From NCBI GenBank assembly GCA_024278275.1, contig JAJRTN010000039.1:21030-85029 (forward strand): a stretch of 64,000 nt of DNA, written 5' to 3'. Below the pieces are notes generated by a model, which saw nothing but the letters and a program-made list of their open reading frames with translations, ran no database searches and was not told the origin of the DNA. Made by a program: the position numbers and the translations under genes. Below are positions 8,820 through 18,727 of the stretch, in pieces (the first letter of the stretch is position 1; each line of letters begins with the position of its first letter). This stretch comes from Candidatus Hydrogenedentota bacterium. Its GTDB lineage: Bacteria > Hydrogenedentota > Hydrogenedentia > Hydrogenedentales > JAJRTN01.

Positions 8820-9623
8820 CTAGATTGACGCCCCTGCGTTGGCGGACACGAGCTCAATCTCGAAAATGTGGGGCCAGCGTTTTCCCGTAACGAAGAGCCG
8901 GCCGTTCGTTGTGTCGTAGGCAATCCCATTGAGCACATCTGTTTGGGGCGTACGGTCTTCGGCGGCCAACAGCCCGGTCAGGTCCACCCATGACACCACG
9001 GTCCCCGTATCCGGATCAACGATGACCATGTAATCCGTTTGCCACACGTTGGCAAAAACACGGCCGTTGATGTATTCAAGTTCGTTCAGCCGGGTAACCG
9101 GGGCGTCATTACTCCGCACCTCGACACGTCTCGTTTCGGCGAGTGTCTCCGGGTCCAGGAAGCGGAGCCACGCCGTGCCATCGCTCATGATGAGTTGCTC
9201 GTCATCGTGGGTGAGGCCCCAGCCCTCGCCTTCGTAGGTGAAAGTGCGCGTCTGCTCAAGGCGGTCCCGGTCGTAGATAAACCCGGTCTTCTCCCGCCAC
9301 GTAACCTGGTAGATGCGATCACCGAAAACCGTGATGCCCTCGCCGAAAAAACTGTGTGCCAGGCTGGTTTGCTGCAACACGGCACCGCTTTCCAGGGCGA
9401 CTCGGCGGAGCGTCGAAGCGCCATAAAGCCCCGTGCCTTCAAAAAGGCCCGCATCAGTAATGGCCAGCCCCTGGGTGAAGGCGTTCGTGTCATGGGGGTA
9501 GGTGTTGACCACCGTGTAGGTATAGCGCGGTTGTTCCTCGGGAAGGTCCGGCGGGACGGGTTCGCAGGCCCCGAAACCCACCGAAAGTGACAGGCAGAAC
9601 GAAAGCATCAGCCGCGGACTCAT
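8820..9623 (-). CDS. glutaminyl-peptide cyclotransferase (plant/bacterial-type glutamine cyclotransferase), probable lipoprotein
   Basis: Full-length similarity to bacterial/plant-type glutamine cyclotransferases (beta-propeller blades, for example NGIAYDTTNGRLFVTGKRWP). Likely start MSPRLMLSFCLSLSVGFGAC (signal peptide with Cys) at 9623. Confidence 0.8.
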   Translation of the reverse strand: MSPRLMLSFCLSLSVGFGACEPVPPDLPEEQPRYTYTVVNTYPHDTNAFTQGLAITDAGLFEGTGLYGASTLRRVALESGAVLQQTSLAHSFFGEGITVFGDRIYQVTWREKTGFIYDRDRLEQTRTFTYEGEGWGLTHDDEQLIMSDGTAWLRFLDPETLAETRRVEVRSNDAPVTRLNELEYINGRVFANVWQTDYMVIVDPDTGTVVSWVDLTGLLAAEDRTPQTDVLNGIAYDTTNGRLFVTGKRWPHIFEIELVSANAGASI

Positions 9624-9776
9624 AGGACACCTTTCCCATGCGTTGAGACATGCCCAGTATACCACCGGGGACGATCACGCCGGACTCACGCAAGCTTTCC
9701 GGCAACACAAGACATGCTCCACCCCTTTTGTGGCTGGTGGATGATATCCCCCGCGGGCGAAAGCGTGCGGACCGGG

Positions 9777-9995
9777 CTACTTGAACCGGTAGGTGATGCG
9801 GCCCTTGGTGAGGTCATAGGGCGACATCTCAAGCGTCACCCGGTCGCCGGGCAGGATACGAATGTAGTACTTGCGCATCTTCCCGGAGATGTGGGCCAGA
9901 ACCATGTGATCGTTCTCGAGCTTTACGCGGAACATGGCATTCGGCAGTGGCTCAACCACTGTTCCCTGTACCTCTAAAGGTTGTTCCTTTTCCAT
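9777..9995 (-). CDS. infA: translation initiation factor IF-1
   Basis: 72 aa [24 protein letters not shown]...[18 protein letters not shown], collinear with E. coli InfA. SD AGGAG. Confidence 0.97.
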   Translation of the reverse strand: MEKEQPLEVQGTVVEPLPNAMFRVKLENDHMVLAHISGKMRKYYIRILPGDRVTLEMSPYDLTKGRITYRFK

Positions 9996-10045
9996 AGACT
10001 CCTGATGTTTCCTCTGCTGGGGTTAAAGGGTCCGAAGCGCGGCGT

Positions 10046-10070
10046 GGGTTCACGGCGAGCACAAACCTCT
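10046..10070. promoter_or_regulatory. CCGTTCACGG-core motif (type X), 51-75 nt upstream of the infA start
   Basis: gggttcacggcgagcacaaacctct. Same motif and same spacing as upstream of the DJ-1 gene (12165-12190). Confidence 0.5.
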
Positions 10071-10204
10071 CCCTTTCCGCCGCATGGCGGCACTCAGGGC
10101 ACCGCTTATGAAGTATATCATATCCCTTTGCACCGCGCACCCTTGGAGGCATTTGCAAAATTGGCGTTCTTCTTACGTACCCTTCTGGATGTTGCGGTCG
10201 AGAG

Positions 10205-10253
10205 AACCGTTCACGGAAATTCGGCGGGTCGTGCTCTCTGTGAACGGTTACCT
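10205..10253. promoter_or_regulatory. inverted pair of CCGTTCACGG-core motifs forming a 13-bp-stem hairpin
   Basis: aaccgttcacgga-N19-tctgtgaacggtt. The right arm with its flank, gtcgtgctctctgtgaacggttacc, is nearly identical to the reverse complement of 12165-12190. Confidence 0.5.
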
Positions 10254-10482
10254 GTTATTCAACGGCAAAGGGGCTTGTCGAGACGTCGCCGTGTCAACCA
10301 CCGTTTCCGGCCCGGATGTTTCACCAACGCCCTGTTGCGCAGGCGTACCCCGGCCCATCTCAGGGACTTGTCTCGTTCGGCGAACTCGACATGTATCTAC
10401 ACGCTATCGTCCGCCTCGCTCCGCCAAACCCCTGACCGGCCCCTCCGCACATGCTCACGACGAAGAGGATGAAATGTCCGGG

Positions 10483-11223
10483 CTAGCCTTCTTCAATCGT
10501 CAGGTGGATCTCCGCGGACGGGCTGTTGAAGATGCGCTTGGATTCGCCAACCCCCATGATGACGCTGCCCAGGAAGCGGGCGTCACCGCCTTCGACTCGG
10601 CTTTCGCTTTTGCTCTCGTTAAGTTTGTTCTCCTCGCCCGATTGTTCCCGGCCCAGGTGTCCCTCAAAGCGCAGCAGAACCCGGTCCCCCTCATCCAGCG
10701 GCATGACTTCGCCACGTATCTCGAAGGCACCCTCGCCGCCATGCTCGGTCTGCTCCCGTGCTTCCACATGGGCCGCCTCGCGCTCGTGGCGGTTTGCGCC
10801 CGCCTCGAAATGGCGCGTGGCGGTGAGAATGGACACCGAGCCGTGCAGCGTTTCGAAGATCAGACGCAGCGTGCGGCCCAGCATGCCCGGATCTTCGGGG
10901 CTTTCCCCGTGTTCTTCGGCCTCCTCCCGCGCATGGCGTTCCCGCGCTTCGCGCTCCTCCCGGGCCAACTGTTCCAACAGTTCCAAAGACCAATTATGAA
11001 CCTGGTCGAGCCGTTCGCCCAGCTCGGTGACAATGCGTTCACTGAACACGCGAAGGTCGTTTTCATCCACCTCCGCGAGTTGCACCATGGCCTCAGCCAG
11101 GTCCGCGTGGGTCCGGTCCAGGGCTTCCCGCGCATGGTCCATCATGGCGTCCCACTCTTGCGCAACCGCCGGTGAGGCCGCCACGAGAAGTGCCAAACAC
11201 AACGTAACAGCGATTTTTCGCAT
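10483..11223 (-). CDS. secreted hypothetical protein (signal peptide, acidic Glu/Arg-rich helical region)
   Basis: 246 aa, MRKIAVTLCLALLVAASPAVAQEW signal peptide. SD AGGAGGA before the ATG at 11223. Antisense partner ORF 10084..11175(+) looks non-coding. Confidence 0.6.
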   Translation of the reverse strand: MRKIAVTLCLALLVAASPAVAQEWDAMMDHAREALDRTHADLAEAMVQLAEVDENDLRVFSERIVTELGERLDQVHNWSLELLEQLAREEREARERHAREEAEEHGESPEDPGMLGRTLRLIFETLHGSVSILTATRHFEAGANRHEREAAHVEAREQTEHGGEGAFEIRGEVMPLDEGDRVLLRFEGHLGREQSGEENKLNESKSESRVEGGDARFLGSVIMGVGESKRIFNSPSAEIHLTIEEG

Positions 11224-11250
11224 GTCTTCATCCTCCTGACTGGTTGGGGG

Positions 11251-11532
11251 CTAATCGTCGATATAAAGTATGGCCCGCTTGCCTTCGATATTGGGCGGCA
11301 GGGGGGTGGAAACACGCAAAACGAGCTCGGCGCTCTTACCCCCACCCACGGTGACATCCAGGCGGTGCCCACCCGCATCGGCGTGCTTTCGCCCCACATG
11401 CACCGCCACGATTCGTCCCGTAAGACTGCGCGGCGGGGAAACCGGGGGAGACGCCGGCGTATGCGTGCCCAGACCGTCGATGGGTTCCTTGCCGCCTACC
11501 GGGGTGATATGGTCCCGAAACTCATCCGACAT
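11251..11532 (-). CDS. hypothetical small protein (93 aa)
   Basis: ATG at 11532 with SD GGAG. It sits 27 nt after the upstream gene and 28 nt before the downstream gene in the same orientation. Codon usage fits. No recognisable domain. Confidence 0.4.
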   Translation of the reverse strand: MSDEFRDHITPVGGKEPIDGLGTHTPASPPVSPPRSLTGRIVAVHVGRKHADAGGHRLDVTVGGGKSAELVLRVSTPLPPNIEGKRAILYIDD

Positions 11533-11558
11533 AATCGTCTCCGCCGCGGGAAACCGGG

Positions 11559-12110
11559 CTACGTTCGAACCAGTCCCGCTTCCACCGTGTCGCGCTGTTC
11601 TTTGCCCAGCAACGTCTCCACGATGGCCAAGGCAAAGTCCATGGCCGTGCCCGGCCCCCGTGAAGTGATCACCTTGCCATCCCGTTCCACGGCCGCACCC
11701 GTGCAGGTCAGGGCCGGGTACTTGCCGCCATCAATACATCCGGGGTACCCCGTCGCCCTTTTCCCATCCAGCAGACCGGCATTGGCCAAGACACGAGGCG
11801 CGGCACAGATGGCGCCAATGAATTTCCCGGCACCGGCCATGTCTTTTAAGATGCCGGTGATGCGCGGGTCCGCTTCCAGGTTATCCGTTCCCGGCAGACC
11901 GCCCGGAAGCACCACCATGTCGAAATTACCTTCGAGGGCCTGATCCAGGCCCATATCCGGGCATATGCACACGCCATGGGCTCCCTTGACACAATCCTTC
12001 GTGAGTCCCGCGGTCACCACGTCCAAATCGGCCCGGCGAAGCACGTCAACGATAGTAATGGCCTCGATCTCTTCACAACCTTGCGCCAGGGGCACGAGCA
12101 CTTTGGGCAT
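11559..12110 (-). CDS. DJ-1/PfpI (ThiJ) family protein
   Basis: Class I glutamine amidotransferase-like fold with the nucleophile-elbow Cys (AICAAP). Start MPKVLVPLAQG at 12110 after AGGAGGA; the track ORF starts 6 codons earlier. Confidence 0.85.
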   Translation of the reverse strand: MPKVLVPLAQGCEEIEAITIVDVLRRADLDVVTAGLTKDCVKGAHGVCICPDMGLDQALEGNFDMVVLPGGLPGTDNLEADPRITGILKDMAGAGKFIGAICAAPRVLANAGLLDGKRATGYPGCIDGGKYPALTCTGAAVERDGKVITSRGPGTAMDFALAIVETLLGKEQRDTVEAGLVRT

Positions 12111-12164
12111 GACCAATCCTCCTGTCACGGCCTGCGTTCCATGTCAGTTGACAAAGCCAGTCGG

Positions 12165-12190
12165 TAACCGTTCACGGAGAGCACAACCCT
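12165..12190. promoter_or_regulatory. CCGTTCACGG-core motif (type X), 55-80 nt upstream of the DJ-1 start
   Basis: taaccgttcacggagagcacaaccct. A partner motif in opposite orientation lies at 12336-12352 (ggatttccgtgaacag). Confidence 0.5.
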
Positions 12191-12423
12191 GCCCGTGCCG
12201 CCGGCACCAGGCTAAATAAGGGAAGGACAAACGCCCGCCTGTCTATTGACCGGGCGTGGAGAACCCTCAAAAGCGACCGCTTGGTGAACACAAAGCACCT
12301 GGCACCTACGGACGCGCGGGGTCGCGACACTACCGGATTTCCGTGAACAGCTTACGTCAATCTAAAGTTTAGCGCCAGCCCCGCGAGGTGTCAACCCCGC
12401 CCTTGTCCCAAATATATGCTTGC

Positions 12424-12453
12424 CTCTTCCTCCCGTCATTCCCGCGCACGCGG
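12424..12453. repeat. palindromic MITE-like repeat, copy B
   Basis: cgtcattcccgcgcacgcgggaatccacgg, in a 510-bp intergenic region. The artefact ORF 12369..12701 translates it as SRVRGNDG. Confidence 0.7.
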
Positions 12454-12639
12454 GAATCCACGGGAAAAGGTAAATTCCCGTAAGGGACCACCCTTCTGGC
12501 CTGTGTGGCGGCGAGAGGATTTGGCGCGGCGGGGCCGCAGGAATGCGTGACGATAGGGGCGAAACGCTCGCGACAGGCATGCCCACGTCGGGCCGTGGGA
12601 ACATGCGGAAAGGGTCTTGTCCGGCCCAACGTTCCCCGT

Positions 12640-14031
12640 CTACTGTGCCTCCAGGTCGTATTTCTGGAGCCGGTAGCGAAGGGATCGTGGTGTGAGGCCA
12701 AGCATGGCGGCGGCCTTTTTCTGCGAATAGCGGCTGGCCTCCAGGGCCTGTCGGATCAGGCGTGTTTCCGTTTCTTCGATGAGTGCTTCAAGATCGATAC
12801 CTTCGGGAGGCAACGAGACGACCGCGGGTTTTTCGACGGGCACGAAATCCTGAATATTCTGGGGCAGATCGCTCATTTTAATCACGTTGTCAGAGCACAG
12901 GGCCACGGCGCGCTCCATGATGTTGCACAACTCGCGCACGTTTCCCGGCCAGGTGTAGCGTTGCAGCGCGGCCATGGCGTCGGCGGCAATATCCATGTCG
13001 CCACGGCCCATGTTGTCGGCATGCCTTCGGATAAAATGCCGCGCCAGCAGGGGAATGTCGTCGGCGCGGTCGCGGAGGGGCGGCACATGGATCGGGATGA
13101 CATTCAACCGGTAATATAAATCATTGCGAAACGTGCCCTCTTCGGCCATTTTCGCCAGGTTGCGATTGGTAGCCGAGATGATTCGCACATCCACTTTGAT
13201 CTCCGATGTGCCCCCCACGGGCGTCACCGTGCTGTTGTCCAACACACGCAGCAGCTTCACCTGGAGCATGAGGGGCATCTCGCCGATTTCATCGAGGAAA
13301 ACGGTTCCGCCGCTGGCCACGACAAAGAGCCCCTCCTTGTCTTCAATGGCCCCGGTAAAGGCCCCGCGCTTGTGTCCAAACAATTCGCTTTCGAGAAGGT
13401 TTTCCGGAATCCCGCCGCAGTTGATGGCGACAAAAGGCTTGTCTACACGGTCACTCAGGTTATGCAGCGCCCGTGCCACCAGTTCTTTGCCCGCCCCGCT
13501 GTCACCGTGAATGGCAACCGTGCTCGGCAGCTTCGCCACGCGGCGAATCATGGAGAGCACTTCCTGAAAGGCGCTGCTCTGGCCGATCATATTTTCGATC
13601 TTGGCGCTGAGCTGCTGTTGCTTGCGCATGGCCACGTTTTCGCGGACCAGGTTGCGTTGGGCGATAGCGCGTTCGACCCGAAGCCGGATCTCGTCGTTAC
13701 TCTTGAAGGGCTTCTGGATGTAGTCCGTGGCGCCCCGCTGCATGGCCTCGACGGCCGTTTCCACCGAGCAGTGGGCGGTCATCATGATGGAGGGAGTCGT
13801 GGGAGCGTGCTCTTTCAGCCAGCTCAGCAGGGTGAGCCCCGCCTCGCGCTCGCTTCCCATGCGAAGGTCGGTCAACACCACGTCGAACTGCTTCTTCTGC
13901 AAAAGCGAAACGGCTTCGTCCACGCCGGAAACCGATTCCACCACGTGGCCGGCGTTCTCCAGCACGATTTCGAGCACTTCTCGCATACCCAATTCGTCAT
14001 CGACGACGAGCACCTGATATTGCACCGCCAT
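12640..14031 (-). CDS. pilR: sigma-54-dependent two-component response regulator (REC, AAA+ sigma-54 interaction, HTH), PilR-like
   Basis: Start MAVQYQVLVVDDE at 14031. HGDSGAGKELVARALH motif and C-terminal Fis-type HTH. Adjacent to the sensor kinase and pilB/pilT. The track ORF is over-extended to 14184. Confidence 0.85.
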   Translation of the reverse strand: MAVQYQVLVVDDELGMREVLEIVLENAGHVVESVSGVDEAVSLLQKKQFDVVLTDLRMGSEREAGLTLLSWLKEHAPTTPSIMMTAHCSVETAVEAMQRGATDYIQKPFKSNDEIRLRVERAIAQRNLVRENVAMRKQQQLSAKIENMIGQSSAFQEVLSMIRRVAKLPSTVAIHGDSGAGKELVARALHNLSDRVDKPFVAINCGGIPENLLESELFGHKRGAFTGAIEDKEGLFVVASGGTVFLDEIGEMPLMLQVKLLRVLDNSTVTPVGGTSEIKVDVRIISATNRNLAKMAEEGTFRNDLYYRLNVIPIHVPPLRDRADDIPLLARHFIRRHADNMGRGDMDIAADAMAALQRYTWPGNVRELCNIMERAVALCSDNVIKMSDLPQNIQDFVPVEKPAVVSLPPEGIDLEALIEETETRLIRQALEASRYSQKKAAAMLGLTPRSLRYRLQKYDLEAQ

Positions 14032-14051
14032 GTCCCGGTTGCTCCCTGGTT

Positions 14052-15707
14052 CTATGTGTCCGGCGTCTCCGTATCGTCTCCGCCACCCACCACCCGGGGA
14101 AGGCGAACCCGCATCGAAGTGCCGCCTTCCGGCCGTGCGGCCACCTGCATGGTCCCATCGTGGGAAGTCACAATGCGGAGACAAATGGCCAGCCCCATAC
14201 CGACGCCTCGCTCTTTCTCGGTGAAAAAAGGCTCAAAAATGCGTGACACCTTGTCCGGCGGGATTCCCGGCCCCTCATCATCGAAGCGGACTTCGGCCGG
14301 ACCGGCGTCCGTGAGCAGCGAGATGGTCAAGGTGCCCTGCTCGTGCATCGCCTCAATGGCGTTCTGACCGAGGTTAAGAAAAACCTGACGCAACTGCATG
14401 CGGTCCCCCAGCACCTCGACCACGGTCTCCGGGGTCCGCGTGGTAATACGCAGATCCCGGGCATGGGCAAACTGCCGTTCAAGATGGGCGCGCACGTTGT
14501 CCACCATGGCACTGAGATTCACGATGGTGTGGCGGCGGCTGGGATCCCGCGCGAAATCCAGGAATCCCGTCACGATATCATTCAAATGGTCGGACTCACG
14601 AATGGCGATATTGGCCAAGCGCTCCACCATGGCCGGCTTCTCCGTACCCCGGCGCAATTCTTCCATCGCCCCGCGAATAGCGGCCACCGGATTGCGTATC
14701 TCATGGGCCAGGCCGGCCGTCAGCTCGCCGATTACCGCCATCCGGTCCTGCTGTTGGAGGAGCTGACGCATGTGGGCCATCTCCGTCAAGTCGGTAAACG
14801 AGGCGATGAGGCCCGTAACAGCGCCGCGTGAATCACGCAAAGGGTTGGTGGTGAGTCCCAGCAATTTGGTTTCTTGTTCACCCACGCGGGCGTGAAACTC
14901 ATAACTGGTGAAATCCTTCTGGCTGCGCAGGGCGGTCACCACGGGATTCTCGGCGCCGCTTTCCGGCATTATGATGCCTTCCACGTGACGTCCCGCCACG
15001 TTCCCTTCATCGACGCCCAGAATATGGCAGGCCGCCCGGTTCATGGCGATCACCAGTCCCTTGGTGTCGCAGATCAGGAATCCACTGCTCAGGTTGTCGA
15101 GGATCTCCCGCTGAAACTGCTTCATCCCGCTGACGCGCTGATTCCAATAGCCGCTTATGAAGGCCGTAAAGAAGAATCCAATCACGAGAATGAGAAAGTG
15201 ATACCAGTGGGTCAGGGGGTCGTCGCTCCGCGGCGTGGATACGGCGAAATGGAAAAACATGAACAACGAGGAGAGCGTGGCGAAAACAAAGCCCTGGCTG
15301 AGTCCCATGAGGACACCCGCCTCCAGGATGACCGTCACCAGTAGGAAGGTAAAGAAACTCTTTTCCGCGCCACTAAAGCTGATGGTAATGGCCACCACGC
15401 CAAAATCCACCATCATCTGCATCCAGGTGAGGGCGGGGTTGACTCCCGGCCGCCCCCGCAGCGACACCAGGTACCAGATGCCGCTGGCGCAGGCCGCCAG
15501 GTAAACCCCCGTGAGAAGGAACAGATAACGCTCCTCCGCGGCCACCAGGTGGGCGCCCGTGGCCACCACGAGCAGCAGACCCAGGCGGGCCGCGCCCACG
15601 AACCAGAGCCACGATACGGGGCCGTCGTAGGAAGGCGCCAGGAAGCCGAACGTTGCGGGAACCTTAAACGCCCCGCCCGATGATTGTAACGACGTCTTCC
15701 GGGTCAC
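14052..15707 (-). CDS. pilS: membrane sensor histidine kinase (multi-TM, PAS, HisKA, HATPase_c), PilS-like
   Basis: 551 aa, about 6 N-terminal TM helices, H-box GLAHEIRNP, G-box near the C-terminus. GTG start overlaps the upstream pilT stop (GTGA). Confidence 0.85.
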   Translation of the reverse strand: MTRKTSLQSSGGAFKVPATFGFLAPSYDGPVSWLWFVGAARLGLLLVVATGAHLVAAEERYLFLLTGVYLAACASGIWYLVSLRGRPGVNPALTWMQMMVDFGVVAITISFSGAEKSFFTFLLVTVILEAGVLMGLSQGFVFATLSSLFMFFHFAVSTPRSDDPLTHWYHFLILVIGFFFTAFISGYWNQRVSGMKQFQREILDNLSSGFLICDTKGLVIAMNRAACHILGVDEGNVAGRHVEGIIMPESGAENPVVTALRSQKDFTSYEFHARVGEQETKLLGLTTNPLRDSRGAVTGLIASFTDLTEMAHMRQLLQQQDRMAVIGELTAGLAHEIRNPVAAIRGAMEELRRGTEKPAMVERLANIAIRESDHLNDIVTGFLDFARDPSRRHTIVNLSAMVDNVRAHLERQFAHARDLRITTRTPETVVEVLGDRMQLRQVFLNLGQNAIEAMHEQGTLTISLLTDAGPAEVRFDDEGPGIPPDKVSRIFEPFFTEKERGVGMGLAICLRIVTSHDGTMQVAARPEGGTSMRVRLPRVVGGGDDTETPDT

Positions 15708-16780
15708 GCCGTTCCTTTATCGATCAGGTGTTGCAGTCCTTCGGGGTCGGAGCTGCGTTTAAAAGCCATGTCTGTGGTGATAATACCGCGCCGCATAAGG
15801 CGGTACAGCGATTGGTTCATGGTACACATTCCCTCGCCCTTTCCGATCTCGATCATGGAAGGAATCTGCTCCAGTTTTTCGGCGCGAATAAGAGAGCGGA
15901 TGGCGGGATTGGCGAGCATGACCTCCATGGCCAGCGCGCGGCCCATGCCGTCGGCACGGGGAATGAGCTGTTGCACCACGACGGCTTCCAGTACGAAAGA
16001 AAGCTGCGTCCGTACCTGATCTTGCTGCGAGGCGGGAAACACGTCGATAATACGGTTCATGGTCTGAAGGGCGTCGTTCGTGTGGAGTGTCGCAAAAGCG
16101 AGGTGGCCGGTTTCCGCCACCGTAAGCGCCGCCTGGATGGTTTCCGTATCCCGCATTTCACCGATGAGTATAACATCCGGATCCTGTCGCAGCACCCGCT
16201 TCAGGGCGTCGGAAAAGGAATTCGTGTCCGCGTGTATTTCTCGCTGATTTACCACCGCGCGGTTATGCCGATGAAGGTACTCGATGGGGTCCTCGATGGT
16301 GATAATGTGCACGTTGCGCTCGCGGTTGATCTTGTCCACGATGGCGGCCAGGGTGGTGGATTTGCCGCTGCCCGTCGGCCCGCACACCAGGACCAGTCCA
16401 ACGGGGTAGTCGGCGAATTCCGAGATCACGCGGGGCAGCCCCAGTTGCTCGAAAGAGAGGATTTCGAAAGGAATCGCCCGGAAAGCCGCCACCACCGAGC
16501 CGCGGTCACGGTAGACATTGAGGCGAAAACGGCTCAGTCCCTCGACACCGAAAGACATGTCGCATTCCCGTGTCTCCTCGAATTCGGAGATCTGCTCCTC
16601 ATTCATGACACTGTAAATGATTTCCTGCGTTTGATCCGCATTGAGCCGCTCGTACCCGGTCAGGGCCTCCAGGCCGCCGTGGATACGAATCATGGGCGGC
16701 CCCCCCACCACGATATGAAGGTCGCTCGCCCCTTCCTGGATCATCTTGGTCAGCAGTTCTTTTATCGTTGGCGTGGCCAT
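15704..16780 (-). CDS. pilT: twitching motility / retraction ATPase PilT (second copy)
   Basis: 358 aa, [21 protein letters not shown]. Confidence 0.92.
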   Translation of the reverse strand: MATPTIKELLTKMIQEGASDLHIVVGGPPMIRIHGGLEALTGYERLNADQTQEIIYSVMNEEQISEFEETRECDMSFGVEGLSRFRLNVYRDRGSVVAAFRAIPFEILSFEQLGLPRVISEFADYPVGLVLVCGPTGSGKSTTLAAIVDKINRERNVHIITIEDPIEYLHRHNRAVVNQREIHADTNSFSDALKRVLRQDPDVILIGEMRDTETIQAALTVAETGHLAFATLHTNDALQTMNRIIDVFPASQQDQVRTQLSFVLEAVVVQQLIPRADGMGRALAMEVMLANPAIRSLIRAEKLEQIPSMIEIGKGEGMCTMNQSLYRLMRRGIITTDMAFKRSSDPEGLQHLIDKGTA

Positions 16781-16830
16781 ACCCTTGTTTCCTCCCGCGT
16801 TATCGCGCGTGGCCCTGTCATCAATCGCAG

Positions 16831-16917
16831 GCGTTCACGGTCCCGTTGCGGGTGCCACACGCACCCGACGCGAAATCCCGCCAATCCACAGGTTTTCCAA
16901 GGTCGTGAACAGTTACC
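16831..16917. promoter_or_regulatory. inverted pair of CCGTTCACGG-core motifs in the pilB-pilT intergenic region
   Basis: gcgttcacgg at 16831-16840 (48-60 nt upstream of the pilT start) and gtcgtgaacagttacc at 16902-16917. Confidence 0.45.
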
Positions 16918-16918
16918 A

Positions 16919-18643
16919 TCAGTCCTCCATCGTATGCTCCAACACCTGTTCGATGGAGGACAAACCCTTGGCCGCCTTGGCCAGTGCGTTTTGGCGAAGC
17001 GACTTCATCCCGCAACGAATGGCCGCCTCCTTAATCTCGTAGCCCGTGGCGTTCTTGAGCACCAGGGGGTGAATCTCGGGCCAGTTCAGCAACACTTCCG
17101 TGGCGGCGACCCGCCCGCGATAACCCGTTTCCTTGCATTTGCCGCATCCACGCCCCCGCACGAAGGTGGGTTTCTCGATGTAATCGAACGGCTTGAACTG
17201 AATCCGGTCCAGCACGTCCTGGGGAACCATAATGGGTTCCTTACACTCGGCGCACACCCGCTTAAGCAAACGCTGGGCCGCCGCCAGGGCAACGGACGAT
17301 TGTACCAAAAAGGGTTCGATCCCCATGTCGATGAGACGGGGAAACACGCCCGGCGCGTCGTTGGTGTGCAGCGTGCTGAGCACGAGGTGTCCCGTCAGCG
17401 CCGCCTTCACGGCCACGTCCGCCGTTTCACCGTCTCGAATCTCGCCGACCATCACCACATCCGGGTCCTGGCGCAGAATCTGGCGAAGCGCCTGGGCAAA
17501 GGTAAAACCAATGGCTGACTGCACCTGGACCTGGTTCACCCCGAACAATTCATACTCGATGGGATCTTCGACCGTTACCAGATTGCTCTCAACCCGGTTC
17601 AATTCATGGAGTGCACTATAGAGCGTGGTCGTTTTACCGCTACCCGTCGGCCCCGTGAGCAGTATCATTCCGTGGGGCATTTTCAGGGCCTCGGCAAAGG
17701 CTTCCATGGGCTGAGGCTCAAATCCCAGTTTCTCCAGGTCCAGGGTCAGATTGCCTTGGTCAAGCACGCGGAGCACGATCTTCTCCCCGAACTTGGTGGG
17801 CAGAAAACCCACGCGAAAATCGATTTCACGGCCCTTGTAGCGAATACGGAACCGCCCGTCCTGGGGAAGGCGGTGTTCGTCGATACGGCAGCCCGCCAGG
17901 ATCTTGAAGCGGGCGATAATGTTGTGTTGAAGCGATTTGGGCGGGGCCTTCGCTTCTTCAAGCGTACCGTCAACGCGGTAACGGATCCGGATGAGTTTTT
18001 CAAAGGGCTCGAAATGGATGTCGCTCGCATCGCGCTCCAGGGCATTGAAGAGGATGAGCCGCGCCAGCTTTTTTACCGGCTCGTCCTCCGAACCGGCTTC
18101 CAGTTTTGACACGTCCTCAATGTCATCCTGCTCTTTCAATTCCTCCATCTTTTCCGCGTCACTATCCTGGCCGACAAGCGAATCGTACAGGTTTTCGGCC
18201 GCGTCGCCACCATAGTTTCGCTCAATGGCATCGGCCAATTCCGAGGCCACGGCGACCACCGGCTCGATGTCATAGCTGATCAGCATGCGCAGGTCGTCCA
18301 GCGCCATGATGTTCAGCGGGTCGGCCATGGCGAGGGTGAGCACGTCGCCCGTAACGGACACGGGCAGCATGAGGTACTGGCGCGCCAGGGTTTCGGGCAC
18401 TTCGGCCAAGACCTCTTTGGGAATCGAATAGTGGGCAACGCGGATATGGGGTATGCCGAGTTGCTCACTGAGGGTAATCACCAGATCTTCTTCCGAAAGA
18501 TAGCCCCTCTCCACGAGAAGACTGGGCAGACTCTGGCCCGAGCTGCGGTGAAGAGCGATGCACTCGCGCAACTGTTCCTCGGTAACAAGCTTCTGTTCGA
18601 GAAGCATGTCGGGAAGTCGTTTCCTGGGAATCCTGGTGGCCAA
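16919..18643 (-). CDS. pilB: PilB-type type IV pilus assembly ATPase (second cluster)
   Basis: 574 aa, N-terminal GspE_N-like domain, Walker A GPTGSGKTTTLYS, C-terminal CAEC...CGKC. Confidence 0.92.
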   Translation of the reverse strand: MATRIPRKRLPDMLLEQKLVTEEQLRECIALHRSSGQSLPSLLVERGYLSEEDLVITLSEQLGIPHIRVAHYSIPKEVLAEVPETLARQYLMLPVSVTGDVLTLAMADPLNIMALDDLRMLISYDIEPVVAVASELADAIERNYGGDAAENLYDSLVGQDSDAEKMEELKEQDDIEDVSKLEAGSEDEPVKKLARLILFNALERDASDIHFEPFEKLIRIRYRVDGTLEEAKAPPKSLQHNIIARFKILAGCRIDEHRLPQDGRFRIRYKGREIDFRVGFLPTKFGEKIVLRVLDQGNLTLDLEKLGFEPQPMEAFAEALKMPHGMILLTGPTGSGKTTTLYSALHELNRVESNLVTVEDPIEYELFGVNQVQVQSAIGFTFAQALRQILRQDPDVVMVGEIRDGETADVAVKAALTGHLVLSTLHTNDAPGVFPRLIDMGIEPFLVQSSVALAAAQRLLKRVCAECKEPIMVPQDVLDRIQFKPFDYIEKPTFVRGRGCGKCKETGYRGRVAATEVLLNWPEIHPLVLKNATGYEIKEAAIRCGMKSLRQNALAKAAKGLSSIEQVLEHTMED

Positions 18644-18727
18644 AATATGTGTCCTTCTCCGCCATCCTGGTGACGTACATCAAAAACATTCGGGGGATGG
18701 ACCACCGTCCATACACGGCTCACGGCA

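Noticed and set aside
8225-8938. ORFs 8225..8809(+), 8587..8823(+) and 8642..8938(-) in the pilB upstream region
   Set aside because: They translate the palindromic repeat (peptides like VIPAKAGLHG / RHSRAAGIHG) and low-complexity intergenic DNA. No RBS. They overlap the glutaminyl cyclase gene end.
10084-11175. 363-aa plus-strand ORF overlapping the secreted-protein gene
   Set aside because: The minus-strand ORF has a canonical signal peptide and a strong SD. The plus-strand product is Arg/Cys-rich without features.
12369-12701. 110-aa minus-strand ORF in the spacer between the DJ-1 and pilR genes
   Set aside because: Driven by repeat copy B (SRVRGNDG peptide). Overlaps the pilR 3' end. 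No coding signature.
15680-17518. 612-aa plus-strand ORF opposite pilT/pilB of the second cluster
   Set aside because: Antisense artefact of high GC content.
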